Below, piece by piece: positions 37,368 through 51,455 of a stretch of 64,000 bases of DNA (positions within the stretch are counted from its first letter, which is position 1; each line of letters starts with the position of its first letter). Below the pieces are notes generated by a model, which saw only the letters and a list, made by a program, of their open reading frames with translations, was not told the DNA's origin and searched no databases. A program made the translations under genes and the position numbers. The stretch is taken from contig CM052816.1 in assembly GCA_028534125.1 (NCBI GenBank), positions 83,330,001-83,394,000 on the forward strand. The letters are read 5' to 3'. This DNA is from Lama glama. Taxonomy: Eukaryota.

Positions 37368-40300
37368 TTATCAATATGACTTTTTTTACAAAAGAACTCA
37401 TTTGTATTTAGACAGATTTCTGTAATTATTCTTATATATTTTTTCACTTACAGAATCCAATTCTTCCAAATAATTTTTTTTCCTAAGATGATTAAGGTCT
37501 GTTTTTCACTCAGTACCCTTTGTGCCACCAGTAGTGTTAGTGATATGGCATTTAAGAATTGTCTTTTTTTAATAATATCTGAGACTTTTTCCCCACTACA
37601 TTTATATCTGTCCCCCAGCTTTTGAGATCCTGCTGTTTTGACCCCCTCTAAAGGTAACAATGAAAGTTTGCAGAACAGTGAGCAAGACTCATGTTTTTTT
37701 CTACATGTAATCCTTAAATTATTGTTGACTGAAATTTCAAATGACTAAGGGTATGTAGTCACACTAAGAAAAATAGTAAGATTCACCCATGTGCAGGCTA
37801 TGACACTAGCATCATTGTGACTACCATCTGGCCAATGACAATTGTAATATGCATTGAACTTAATATATGTTCCACCTACAGATACAAAAAAATATGGAAA
37901 ACTGTGCATCTTACAATTGAGGAAACATGAAATTAAAATTGCAGGAGGATACAATATTTTAATAATTCATTTTACTATGAATTAATGAATCAGTCATTCA
38001 AGATAAATTGATTTAGGAAACTGGCAGATCAGACAATGTAGTCATTGCATGATCATCATAATATGGCTGCTCAGAAAACCATGTTGCCTAATGCTGTCAC
38101 CAAGACCTCTGATCATACCATTGCTGGAGAGTTATAAAACCAAGTAAATATTAATAAAATTAAGGATTAACCTCTAAAGGGAGGAGTTTAATGTTGCAAA
38201 ATAGCTTTGACATATAATTCTCCTTTCCCATAATCTGGCTAATGATATCTAAATTAATTGGCAAAACTAAAAAGAATATTTTGTTACTCAATTCCTAATT
38301 ACCAAATATTTTATAATGAGTAAATCGATTAAGAGGGGTTAAAATTATGTATGTCCTGCCTTCTGTTAAAAAAAAAAATCTGTGTTCAACTCACAGTCAG
38401 CAATTGGAGATTCTACATGAAAAATTTTTTGTCAGCTTATGGAGATGAGGAATACAGTCGTGTGGGTCTGCGTGTGTGTGTGTGGCGGGGGGGTGGGGTG
38501 CAGGTGTGAAAGGAAGACATAACTGGATAGCCCACTCTGTGCAGCCTGAAACTCATTTTACAGGTAGTAAATTTTGCAACTGGATGCAAACCTAGCAGCA
38601 AATTGTTGGCATTTAGTTTTAAAATCAAATATGAGTAAATCCGGTGGAAAAGAATTCATTGTTCCACTGTTGAAAGGACAGTCTGTGTAAGAGAACAACA
38701 TACAGACACGTAATCACATATGCACATATATATTCACTTTCTTTTGTGATATGCTGTTAGTTCTACCAAGGGGGTTCGAGCTTTCAGGTGACATACTTTA
38801 CAGCGATAGCCAATGGTTTCTCAAGCCTGACACATATGCTCACATACTAACCCTGTGTAAAATGGCACCAGCATTTTCTAGTGTTTAAGAAACTTCTTTA
38901 AAGGATACATTCTCTGAATTCATAGATTTGCTAGGATAGGATACCTTCTCATTCTCAATTTGGGGAATTTATAAAAACTCTTAGAAGATCACACGAGGTC
39001 AGATTTAACGATTTGCTTTACTACACAGGAGGGAACTAGGTGAGGACATTTGGACCCATTATCTCCTAAGTTTAATTTTCTCTCTTAAAATTCCATGAAA
39101 TCTGTGCTCATTACTGAACATTCTCATTGCTCAGGAGAAGATGGCATTTGAACAGGAAACTTTTTATACAAAGATGACCTAGCGTTTCCACATGGTTTAT
39201 CCTTGCACCCAAAGTGATCACTTTTCTTGATTAGTGTCCACCAGAACAAAACAATCTGGGGTGGTCTCTCATAGTCTGCATTAATATTATCCAGCCTACG
39301 TACCTGGAGGTTACTGGTCTATCGAGTAGTAGTTAATAGCTAGCTGTAGAATGCTTATTTAATTTTTCAGTTTAAATGCCTTGTTTAATGCCGGGGGCAG
39401 TGCAGATACATAAACAACTTATTCTTGGCCTTAAGAGGTGTGATTATTGCTTAGAATGAGCAATTATTCAAGATATCCCCCGGGGACGTGGGATGTGACA
39501 GATGACACATTGACACTGTTTAGAAGCAGCCTGCCAGATGGTCAGGACCTGCAGTGGTGGAATGAGGACAGGATGAAGGGACCTGGGGCAAAACAGGTTT
39601 TCTATAACAATCTGGTAGCAGCAACATTTGGAAATCTGAGGGACCAGGTCCCGAGGCACAGGGGAAAAAAACTACACAAAAGTACGTGAAGATTAGTTAA
39701 ATATGAACTGAAATTAGACTAATTTCACAATTCAATCTTTCCCTGATAAATCATCTTCCACGGCCTTATAGGTTGGCTGTTTCTACTTTATCGTGATGTA
39801 ACATATGAGTTACAGTAAAATTTTATATTTTATTTTAAAAAGTGAAATGTTTCTCTACAGCTCCAGGCAAAAAAAAAAAAAAAAAAAAAAAAGAAGAGTT
39901 GGCTATTGCTCTGGCCACAGGTTCAGCAGTTCTCTAAGTTGCCCTGTTATAGAAAGTTGCCCTATTTTGCTCTCTTCAGTCTCCATATGCTGTTTGCAGC
40001 TTGCAGTGCTCGGGACCATTAATTCTTTGTCCAACCAGTATATCATTGGTGGATGAGTATACAAGGGAGAATAAACTACTAATGAATGTTGGAGGATAGG
40101 AAGGCAGCCTCATTTTTAGTGTTTTATGAGAGAAGCACAATATAATGGTGGGAAAAAGAGTCATTCATGGGAAGCATCAGAGGACACCCATTCCAGCAAG
40201 AGTATGCAATTCAACTGAAACATAATATTTCTGACATGTTCACTTGCTAGATTATAGGAGAGAAGCTGTCGCTGTAATTACACATCACTATTCCTTAGAT

Positions 40301-40429
40301 TTTTCAGTTAAACATCTTAATATATTTCAAATACAATAAAATGTTCTCATGCCAATGCTATGATTATCACACTTTCATCTAAATCTTGAAAGTGAATAGT
40401 TAAGTGTCTGACCACCTTTAAACTTTTGA

Positions 40430-41810
40430 CTACTCTAGGTAAATGGCATTTCCAATAGATTGTAAAGTTTGCTGTTGAGTTTATAAAATTTCTTGCTGGG
40501 GTTATGATTGGGATTGAAATGAAGTTATGAAGTCTACTAGTCTATATATTTTGCTCAATAATCTATTTAAATTTTAATTTTTAAAGAAATTTTATAATTT
40601 ATAGTGTAGTTATTTTGCCAAATTCATTCCTAAGTATTTTGGTTTTCATACTATTGTAAATGATGTCTTTAATTTTATATTGAAATATTTTGTCCATGAT
40701 GTCTAAAAGTACAATTAAACAATATATTAACCTTGCATTTTGAATCATGTCACGATCACTTCTTTACTTTATTCTATATATTTAGATTTCTTTCAGTTTT
40801 TATTTTTTTACAGAGATTATTATATGGTTTAGAGAGAGTTTCAGGTGGGATATCTTTGTCCTGCTGTAAAACTTAGAATGAAAGTGTTCGGTCCTTCAAC
40901 ATTAAATATGGTACTAGTTCTAGGCTTTTCATAAATGACTTACCAAATTGAAAAACGTTTGTCTAGTCTTGGTTGACTGATTTTTTAACAATCATGAATA
41001 GGTATTGAGTATTGCAAATGCTTTCTTTGCACCTGCTGAGATGGCTTTATGAGTCACTTTTCCTTTATTCTGTTAACGCGGTAAATCATATTGCTTCTCA
41101 AATATTGAAGAAATATTGCATCCCTTGGTATAAATTCAACTTAACAATTATATATTGTCATATAATTGTAATGTTTTGTGGAGGATCATTGTATCGGTTT
41201 CAAAACTGGTATCAGTCTGTATTTTTTTTTTCTTGTAACATTTATGTCAGACTTGGCTGTCAAAGATATGCTAGCTTCAAAATTGAGTAATTATTCTCTC
41301 ATTTAGATTTTAATCTGTAAAATCATTTTAATATTTTCTTTGTGGGAAGGTTTATGGATAAACATTAAATGCCTCTAATAGACATAGGTTAATCTGGAAT
41401 TCTAGGTTTTTGAGTTAGTTTTGAAACACTTTTCCTAAAAGTTTTGAAACTGTGAAATTTTATAAATTCACCCATTAAATATATTATCTATTTTATTGAC
41501 TTAATGTTGTTCTTTAATCCCCATTATTCTCCTTTTAACTCTGAGGATGTGCAATGATTTCCTCTCATTTATTCCAACTACTGACAATGTGTCTGTGTGA
41601 CCAATTGTTTATCTAGTAGTCTTATAAGGAGTTTATCAACTTTATTTACCTTTTCAAATAACTACTCTTTGCCTTCGTTTTCTCCTTAAAACATTTTTCC
41701 TTCTATTCCACTTATGACTGCTTTTATTATTTCTTTCCTTGTATTTACTATGATTTAAGTTGCTCTTCTAAAAACTCTTAATGTAGAAACATTTATCATT
41801 GCTATCATTG
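40430..41810 (-). mobile_element. Very old L1 ORF2 fragment
   Basis: aattcattcctaagtattt; tcatgaataggtattgagtattgcaaatgctttctttgcacctgctgagatg; ataaggagtttatcaactttatttaccttttcaaataactactc. Confidence 0.75.
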
Positions 41811-41834
41811 CTTTTTTTAATTACCAGCAAATGA

Positions 41835-41968
41835 TTTTAAGGTTCCACATAGAAATGAAATATTTCTTTCTCTGACTGACTGACTTCATGTAGAATGCTC
41901 TCTCTAGATCCATCCATGTTGCAGCAAATGGCATTATTTCTTTTTATGACTGAGTAATATTCCATTGT

Positions 41969-42006
<38 letters not shown>

Positions 42007-43705
42007 ACATCTTGACTACTGTAAATAGTGTTGCTATGAACATTAGGGTGCATGTATCTTTTCAAATTAGAGTTCCCTCTGGATATATGCCCAGGAGTGG
42101 GATTGCTAGATCATATGGTAACAGTATTTTAAGGTTTTTAAGGAACCTCCAAACTGTTCTCCATAGTAGGGGCAACAACTTACATTCCCACAAACAGTGT
42201 AGAAGTGTTCCATTTTCTCCAAATCCTCTCCAGTGTTTATTATTTGTAGACTTTTTCATGATGGCCATTCTGACTGGTGTGAGACCAATTGTAGTTTTGA
42301 TGTACATTTCTGTAATAATTAGTTATATTGAGCATCTTTTCATGTGCCTGTTGGCCATTTGTATGTCTTTGGAAATATGTCCACTTAGGTCTTTCAGTCT
42401 TTTGCCCATTTTTGATTAGTTTTTTTTTTTTTATTGAGCTGTATGAACTGTTTGTATATTTTGGAAATTAAGCTCTTTTTGGTTTCATCATTTGCAAATA
42501 TTTTCTCCCATTCTGTAGTTGTCTTTTCATTTTGTTTATGGTTTCCATTGCTGTACAAAAACTTTTACATTTAATTATGCCCCATTTATTTTTGCTTTGT
42601 TTCCATTACTGTAGGAGATGGATACAAAAAAAGTGTTACTGTGATTTGTATCAAAGAGTGCCCTGCCTATGCTTCCCTCTAGGAGTTTTATAGTATCTGG
42701 TCTTAAATTTAGGTCTTTAATCAATTTTGAGTTTATTTTTGTATATGGTGTTAGAAAATGTTCTAATTTCATGCTTTTACATATAGTTATCTGGTTTTCC
42801 CAACACCATTTACTGAACAGACTGTCATTTCTCCATTGTATATTCTTATTTCCTTTTTTTTAGACTAATTGACTAAGTGCATGGGTCTACTTCGAGTATA
42901 GGTCTTTTGCCATTTTAGGTAGGTTTATTCCTAGGTATTTTATTCTTTTTGATGCAATGTAAATGGGATTGTTTCCTTAATTTCTCTGATATTTTGTTGT
43001 CAGTGTATAGAAATGCAACAAAATTCTATATATTAATTTTGTATCCTGCAACTTCACTGGAATTATTGGTGAGCTCTAGTAGTTGTCTGGTGGCATCCTT
43101 AGGATTTTCTATGTGTAGTATCATGTCATCTGCAAACAGTGATATTTTACTTCTTCCTTTCCAATTTGGGTCACTTTTATTTCTTTGTCTTCTGATTGGT
43201 ATGAGCTTCCAAATCTTTGTTGAATAAAAGTGACAAGAGTGGGTATCCTTGTTTTGTTCCTGATCTTAGAAGGACTGTTTTCAGCTTTTCACCACTGAGT
43301 ATGATATTAGCTGTGGGTTTGTCATATATGGCCAATTATGTTGAGGTATTCCCTCAAAACCCACTTTCTGGAGAGTTTTTATTGTAAATGGATGTTGGAA
43401 TTTATTGGAAGATTTTTCTGCATCTATTGAGATGATCATGTAGCTTTTATTCTTCAATTTGTTGATGTGTTTTATCACATTACTTGATACATGGATACTG
43501 AAAACTCCTTGCATCTCTGGGATAAATCCCGCTTGATCTTGGTGTGTGATCCTTTAAGTGTATTGTTGGAGTTGGTTTGCTAGTATTTTGTTGAGGATTT
43601 TTGCATCTACATTTATCAGTGATAGTGGCCTATAATTTTCTTCTTTCTGTGATATCTTCATCTGGTGTAGGTATCAGGGTGTTGATGGCCTCACGGAATG
43701 AGTTC
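41835..43705 (-). mobile_element. Moderately young L1, ORF2 RT/C-terminal region and part of the 3' UTR, 5'-truncated
   Basis: ORF track fragments [36 protein letters not shown] (42062..42307), [16 protein letters not shown] and HINKLKNKSYMIISIDAEK are L1 ORF2p. Confidence 0.95.
41966..42004. repeat. (TG)n microsatellite inside L1
   Basis: About 19 TG units with one interruption. Confidence 0.95.
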
Positions 43706-44211
43706 AGTTTGCTTTCAGAAATGCTGAAGCACTCATTGTTAGGCACATAAGTATTTAGGATTTTTATGTTAAAACTGAGAAGAAAGATGTACATATTGTT
43801 CCATAAAATGTTGCTTAACAACATGTGTAAAATACTTCAGATTTGTTGAATCTATTTGGCCTATGTCAGATTTCTAAACTAATTTAATAAGATTTGGAGG
43901 CATACATATTTTGAAAATACTACAGTAAAAATACTTTCACATTCAACTTCTTGTTGCTTAATTAAGATTTTCTGAATAGTAGTAAAATATATTATTTAAA
44001 ATATTTTTATCAAGAAAGATAGTCTAGCCTTCATGGGTGCTCTAAATTGACAGTAATAATACCGCCTTGGAAAGTACCGTTCTAGGAGTCATCAGTTCTA
44101 ACTTTATCACTTTTAATGTATATGACCTTTAAAGCATTTATTTGTACTTAGATTCCTGATCTGTAAATTTGGATTGTTGACATAACTGAATGAGTTTATA
44201 CATATAAATAC

Positions 44212-44233
44212 ATATATATATATATATATATAT
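44212..44233. repeat. (TA)n microsatellite
   Basis: atatatat... run. Confidence 0.9.
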
Positions 44234-44684
44234 GTGTATATTTAAATGGCAGCTTCATATTGAGATCCCAAATGTTGTCTAATGGAATGATAATTCACTT
44301 TATATATGTAATAATTAGTATTTCATACATTTTATTCAATTCATATAGATAGATGCAAGTATTTTTTAATGATGATATGATTTAAAAAAACTTTCTAAAC
44401 CAAATATAGTATAATATAAGTGATACATATTTGTACAAAAGTTAATCTTTGGTGGTATTAAGGTTAATATCTTCCATGGCAAACAATGCTATTCAATTTG
44501 ATCAAAACACTATCAGGAGAAAACACATCTAGTAATACCATTCACTTAAAGCTGGAAATACGTAGAAGTTTGAAAATATACCTTTATATTTTAGCAACAA
44601 ATTTCTTTTTTTGGACACTATGGATATATAAGCATTTATAGGCTCTTAATTATTGCTGCTATGCTTACAAATAGTATCTATAAT

Positions 44685-44905
44685 TTTATCTATTTATCTA
44701 CCTACCTATTTCCTTATCTATTTACCTGTCTGCATATATTGATTCAATGCAAGTATCTACCTATATGTCTATATCTACCTACATATATAAAGAGAGATCA
44801 ATATATCCATACATAAATGTATATAGAAAGAGATCTAGATATAGAGATTACATATAATCACTATATACAGATGTATAGAGAGATTACATTTCTAGAGAAA
44901 GAGGT
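44685..44905. repeat. Degenerate (TATC/TAGA)-type low-complexity tract
   Basis: tatctatttatctacctacctat...agagatctagatatagagatt. Confidence 0.6.
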
Positions 44906-46231
44906 ATCTATCAATTCGTGGTGGGAGAGATAGAGAAAGAAAGAAAAAAGTGTATTATCAGTTACCAAACTATCTTTTCTCAATATCTTGATTAGTTAAT
45001 ATATGGAGAAAATAAATTTATTGTATCTATTCTGTAGAATAAACACTGCTCATCTGGTTGCAGTGGCCCAACTTATAATCAAAATGTCATGACAAATATA
45101 GTCTCTCTTGAACTTTGTGGAAAATCTCATCTTTGTGAGTAAGAGCAAATAAAAGAAAATATAATCTTTGATATATTCTTTGAGAGCATCATTTAATTCT
45201 GTTACTGGCAAATCTTTACTTCCAGCAATAGTTACAAATATGTCAAAATAAATAAGATCAGTTATCTTCAAGGTTTGAGAGTCACTTCCTTCTCTACCCA
45301 GTTTTTTGTGATCATGGTAATACCACGAATAAGAGGAAAAAAGGAAAACGTGAAAGAAAAAAGTTGGATTTAGAAGAGACTACAAAAAAACTTAAAAATG
45401 AAACTTCAATAAAATTAATGTACCCTTTATTTAAGCATGCCTCATAAAGAAATTATGGAAAGAGCTTTAAGATAATTGAATTTTGAAATCTTAACTATGT
45501 GGGCAGATCATGCACATTGAATTCAAGCTTCATGGAAGTAGTATGACCATAGTAAGGAAAATATGTCCTATTTCAGTTTGGTCTGTAAATATTCTATGTC
45601 ACTGTAAGTTTATTGACAAAATTCCTCTGGGAAACATGTGGTTTACTGAGTTATAACAATGTTAATACCACCTGTGTCCCTAATTAGACCATTTCAATTT
45701 AGTTAATACTAAATATCAAAATCGTGCTCATTGCTCATTACCAGGGCTAAGTTAATCACATAATAACAAGTAATATCAAGATGTCAAAATCACTTAGAAT
45801 TACTGAAGCTAATTGCATATAAAAAGGATCAAATATACTCATCATGTTTCACTAATGCACAATTAGGCACATACTTATATTTTTCCCCATAGTATATTGC
45901 CAGTTCCAGGCCTGATGCCTAAAATCCCCTACAAATCTAGTAAGCATTTTAAAATTAGTGTAGAAATCAATGACTGAATTTAGGAGAAGATTTCACCTGT
46001 ATAAAAAGCAATGAAGTCAAAAGATCAGTGAACAGGACAGATGAGGAAGTACAGAACATACTGATAAGATGGTTTATATTTTAAAACAAAGTGATTTTTT
46101 TAACCCCGCTCCTAGGTTTTCTGTAATTAGTTTGGAAAAAGCAGATCCGGTGACTCTAATATAGATACTAAAAGCAATGAGTGACTCCTATGGATCTGAG
46201 TGATGCCTAAGTATATTTCAGTTTAGTTACA

Positions 46232-46375
46232 CTAGTATTTCCCAACCCTGTGTGTATGAGAATCACCTGGAGAGACACAGACATAACCTAAACAATTTGG
46301 TTATTTTGAGATGTGTCCCAGGCATGAAGATTTTCAAAAGCACCTCACATCAGATAGTTTGGAAATGTGGCTAGT
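46232..46375. mobile_element. MER5-like hAT-Charlie DNA transposon
   Basis: tagtatttcccaaccct...agaatcacctggagag...cccaggcatgaagattttcaaaagcacctc...agtttggaaatgtgg. Confidence 0.6.
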
Positions 46376-47070
46376 GCGAGAAATAACATTTAGCCAGATG
46401 AAGAAAATGAGAATTTCTAACCAGATGGGAGGGAAAGTACCTTAAAAGATAAACATGAAACTTTACAAGTACTGCCATATCATGGTGGTGGAGGGAAGCA
46501 GAGTATAGGGAGATGAAGCTGAACAAGAAGAGCAGAAAAATTTGTATTAAATATTTAGAGACTAGGCTTTTACTGTAGACAATAGAAAAGAATATAAGGA
46601 TTTCCAGTAAAAGAATGGCAGAAGTATTAGGTTGAAATTTCTCATAGAAGTTGTGGTTGCATTTGGAGAGTTAGATTGGGAAATACCTCGTCTGGAATTT
46701 TTATAATACCATAAATAAGAGGCAGTATGACCTGAATTAAGAATAAGAATGAAGACAGTGAGAAAGAGAAAACTATATATGTATGTGTATATATTTGTAT
46801 TAAGTTAAATTGGGAAATTTGATTTATTTGGAGAAACAAGTTTCTAATTTGTATGAATGAGTATGATATTATAATTAAATAATGGTATTTCTATTAATAT
46901 TAATGCTAATTTACTGATGCCAAGTCTCAGAGGCTATAAATGTTCAAGCTCTAGTTCTCATAAATCTGAAGTGCAGGTTGTTAACCATTATTTTATTTAC
47001 TTTAAAAAATTTTCTCCTTTAGTCAGAGAAAATAAGGGGGGACCATATAGAAAGAAGTGGGGATGGCAGG

Positions 47071-47913
47071 TGTATTAGTTTTCTACTGCTGTACAGCAAA
47101 TTAACTCAAACAGTGGCTTAAAACAAATTACCTTACAGCTAACCCGTGAACAACATGAGTTTGAATTGCACTGGTCCACTTATATGCTAAAGTTTTTCAG
47201 TATTAAGTACAGCAGTAATACATGACCTCTGGTTGATTAAATCTGCAGATGCAGGAATGTGGCTAGGGAGGATCCAGGTACATGAAGGGTCCACTGTAAA
47301 TTACATGTGAGTTTTTTGTCTGCACGGAGGATCTGCACCTCTAATTCTTGCATCGTTCAAGGGTCAACTGTAACTGGTTCGGAAGTCTAGCTCCAAGTAG
47401 TTGGATTGGATCTTATATGGTCAAAAATTATGGTGTACCCAGCTGGGCTCTTATCTGAAGGATCTGAGTAAGAATCAGACTATAAGCTCATTCCTTCTAT
47501 TTGTTCAATTCTGTTTCTGTGGCTGTAGGTTATAGGTCCCTGTTTCCTTGCTATTGGCTGGGAAACCCTCTCTGCTTAGATGCTGTCTGCATTTCTTTTT
47601 ATGTGTCATCCCTGCATTCAGTGCCAGCAATATACACCAAGTCCTTCTCATGTTTCAGATTTGTTTGACTTCTGCTTTTGCTGCATCTGACTTCCTTTTC
47701 TGCTGTAGGCCAAACAAATGTCTCTACTTTCATGGGCTCATGTTATTAGACAAGCCCAACCCAGTTAATCTGTATTTTAAGATTGACTTTGGAATTTAAT
47801 TATATCCACAAAAATCCCTTCACAGCAGTACCTATATTAGTATTTAACTGAATAACCAAGGGGTAGATATCTTGGAAGGGGTGAAGACAATTTGTAGAAT
47901 TATGCCAACCAGA
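47071..47913 (-). mobile_element. MLT1E-like MaLR solo LTR, interrupted by MER8
   Basis: tgtattagttttctactgctgt...aaaatcccttcacagcagtacctatattagtatttaactgaataacc...tagaattatgccaacca. Confidence 0.85.
47136..47370. mobile_element. MER8/Tigger2-family MITE with TA TSD
   Basis: TIRs cagctaacccgtgaacaa / tcgttcaagggtcaactg; flanked by TA at 47134-47135 and 47371-47372; 235 bp. Confidence 0.88.
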
Positions 47914-47944
47914 GGAGAAAATTATACATACAGGTGCACAAAGA

Positions 47945-48560
47945 GTGAAGATTCATCAGCTTTTGGTCAGCCATACAAATTTTTGGTATACATTTGTATA
48001 AGATGACTACTCAGATGGTCAAGAGAGGCAGACTTGTGCCAACCCAGGGAACACTAATTGCAGGTATGAACAATGGAGCTAGGAAAGAGTGCAAATAAAA
48101 ATTACTGATCAACGAGGGTATGTTTATCTTCACTCTGGAAGCTAAGGTGGAGAGAATTTTTAAAAGGTTAAATCAATTTCCTATGTCAAATGCTGAAAAA
48201 AGATTAAATAAAGACTTCACAAGCAAATGTTGGATTTGGTCATTAATTATTCCAGTGACAGCTGAGTAAAAGGCATAATGAAATTCAGGAGCTGAACATC
48301 AGGAGGTCAAGAATATAGATGTGATAGGATCTGAACCAGACTAATTTTTGAGAAACTTAAATAAGATGGGGAGAGCCTTAGGGTAGTATCTAGAAAGCAC
48401 TTAGAACAAAGGGGGAGATTCTATTTTGAAATTTTAACATAAAAAACTTGAATATATTTGTGGGATAGATTATTAAGGCCAGGAGGAAAAGACATTCAGA
48501 ATATTGAGAAAAATTACTGACAGAACAAGTTCTTAGATTAAATAAGAGGAAAGATGTTCA
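47945..48560 (-). mobile_element. L2 fragments
   Basis: tatgtcaaatgctgaaaaaagattaaataaag...ttggatttggtca. Confidence 0.5.
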
Positions 48561-49189
48561 AGACTAGTACTGAATCTAATTCCAAGTGAAGGCCTGATAG
48601 TATGTCTAAATATGTCTCCCTTTTGAAATAAGAGGTTTCTTAAAACGTCTAAGGAATTTACACATCTACCAATCTACCCATTGACCCATTCACTCTTCTA
48701 CTCCCCATCTACCCTCTAACCATGCATCCATCAAGCTCTAGGAACCAGAAAGAGACTCCTCTAGTTCATTAAATATTTCTTTAAATACAGTGAATGGTAC
48801 TGAATCATGAGCATAATTTTTCATAATTTATAAATGGTAAATAATGGATATAATCTAAGATATTTAGTTTAACAATTTTTTATGCAGATAGACTTTATAA
48901 AGTTAAAATGATACTTTTCAGAAGCACTAGAAATGGAGTTCAAGGGGGCTATTTCTCACCAATGGTGCAAAGGTAAAGGAGAAAATTTGTTACTTGCCAT
49001 TTTGTGCTCCCATGTCACTTTTATATTCATTATTAACATGCAGTATTTCTATAATTTGAAAAATTATCCACAAAGGGTAAAGTGTGGGAGAAAAGCATTA
49101 AACTGTATGCATTCCACTGAGTTGTTTAAGTTTATTTGAAAGGGCATTTTGTTATTTTCTTTCATTGTAATTAACAACACAATCATTAC

Positions 49190-51455
49190 CTCTGCAGTAA
49201 ATCTGAGTTACCATGTTCTTGTCAGGTCATGGTTACAACTGTCCTTTTTTGTTATTACTGGGCATTATTCATCATGAGATATCCCAGTAAAAATCTATGG
49301 ATTTTTATATAATTCTTCCTTTCTAGTACAAATTAGTGGCAGCATATTATTTTCTCATGACAGTTAGAGTGAGTAACTGCCACTCATCTGCTGGTCTAAG
49401 TACCCAGATTGTGACCAGAAAGTGGGGGTAGCTATAAGATTACAGGTAACTTTCTGTCTCCTGCTAGATGCATCCACTCTTGGGAACCAGAATCTCTAGT
49501 ACATTAGAGCCTAAATTAACAAGGATGGAAAGCGAAAATTTTCCCTGTGAGTAAATGGAGTGATGGTAGCGTCAGCTACTCCTACTTCAGCCTTTAGATT
49601 CTAGGCTCATTATTAATTAATTAATTAATTGCCTATTGTGATCACATAACCATGTAATGGCCAACAGTTAAATGTTTATGCTTCATCTTGAGGACAGCAG
49701 TCAAACATTTCAGGGTGTCTTCCTAATACCTTGGGTGTGTTTTAAGGTCATTCTAATTTTCTATTATCTGTCAGCTTCAAGGCAATACAGTATATGATAG
49801 GACCAGACTATCCCATGGACATGTGCCATTGTCATATCTCATGCACCCTTACTCTGAGGTGGTATTATGCAAGATGCTATGATGCTAGTAGAATGCTTTC
49901 TGAGTCCTAAGTTGGAAGTTCTGGCTAAGGCTCTGGATGGTCTCTGCTGCTATCAGGTCCAACATACGGCAGTAGAAGTCCCATGTATTGCTTCCTTATC
50001 TCATTAATTTCAAGTGTTAATTGTACATCTGTTAGGGTGGCTGAAGACAGAAAATGACCTCCACTGAAGAAGACAGTCTATTTCCTTGTTCACTTCAGTA
50101 ACCCATCTGACTCTGGTTATTTCTCTTTGAAACAGTAACTCACTGATACCCCCTGGACCTTTTTCATGCCTATCCCAAATGTACTATTTCCATTGCACAA
50201 CAGACTGGTAGTATTTTTGATCAATCTCATGACTTGTTAGGTCTGGCTACACAGTTCATGATGGGCACCTCTGATTGTGTAGTCATTTGCAGTCATGTTA
50301 TAAAAAGTTTAGTTTTTACTAGGGCCTTGTGGCAGGTTTAAAGCTGCTTTACAGATAGTAATTATCAATTGCAGAAGGCATGATCTAAGCCAGAAACCTA
50401 GGTGGCTAGAGTTGCCACTGAAACTCTCAGGCTATGAGAAACTCTACACTATATTTTTACCTACCATAGGTACTTCCAGCACCATGGGATCTCATGACTT
50501 AAATAATCTAACAGTGAGGGTCATGTACACTGAGGCATTAACTTGCTACACATCTCTCTTTTGTTCTGGCTCCATTTAAAACTGAGAAGTTACCAAATCA
50601 CTTACTGAATAGGTCCAATCTTATTCCAAAATTTGCTATGACCTCTCTCCAAAAAGTAAAGAAGCCTAGTAAGTGTTCTTTTGGTTGTTGTTGAGGATGC
50701 AAAGCAGTGTCTTTACCTTGGATGTTCCAGCATGCTCCAGACAAATAACCGCCCTACCCCTGCAATTACCCAAAGTGATAGCCTTCTGAATCTTTTAAGA
50801 TTTATCTCCCATTTTCTCATATACACAGCTCTTATGAGGGCATCCAAACTATTTGTCCCTTCTTGCTTACCAGGTCCAATTCATATTATATCATCAACAG
50901 AGTGGAGCAATGTACTCGTCGGTGTAATGTCTATAATGAAAGTCCATTTGTACCACGGAAAATAAATATGTCCATGGGGGCATTGCCATAAATATTAGCT
51001 ACTGCCCATGTCAGATAAATGTGAAATATTCCTGCTTCAAAATAGGGATTGGAAGGAATGTGTTTCAATGATCAACAGCAGTATCCCATGTGCTAGAAGT
51101 TGTGCTGAACTTTTCTAATCAGACTATCTGCAACAGAGCAACTGTTTTTGTGACTAAGGTTTGATTGTTTTAATGGTAGCCAGACAGCATCATGACTCAT
51201 ATAACAGCATTCACTACATCTCTTATGTGCTTAAATTATTTATTAGATTGGTTGATACCTTTCCACCAGCACCTTATCATAATTTACACTTTTATAAATT
51301 CTTCGGAACTGAGGTATGTCAAAAAGCCAAGGATTTTCAAACTACCCCGTTTGCTATCTTTAGTGCAGTCTTTAATGTCATCTGGCTAGCAAGTGATCTA
51401 ATCCTCCAACCCCATCCTCAGGATCTACCTTCTAAGACCTCTTTTGTTTCCAATA
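49190..51455 (-). mobile_element. ERVL internal region (HERV16/ERV3-16A3-like): RT, tether, integrase and dUTPase remnants
   Basis: Minus strand TLLHSVDDII*IGPGKQE (SVDD at 50890-50901; compare ERVL TLVHYIDDIMLIGPSEQE); tether cagttcatgatgggcacctc; dUTPase-region cttgggaaccagaatctctag; leader tattggaaacaaaagaggtcttagaagg next to the LTR. Confidence 0.8.

Larger units (their letters stand above)
36220..37930. mobile_element. Old TcMar-Tigger DNA transposon hosting two solo LTRs
   Basis: Left end acattttatcaaatcatagacacc and right end gtgcatcttacaattgaggaaacatg resemble degenerate TACCGTATTTCATCGATTCTAAGA-type TIRs; internal gacaattgtaatatgcattga. Confidence 0.5.

Noticed and set aside
39447..39689. 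80-aa ORF with protein-like composition
   Set aside because: Non-ATG start, no recognisable domain or convincing splice sites, and no partner exons
41837..43514. Protein-like ORFs such as 42062..42307 and 42575..42772
   Set aside because: Frameshifted pieces of one dead L1 ORF2, not host genes
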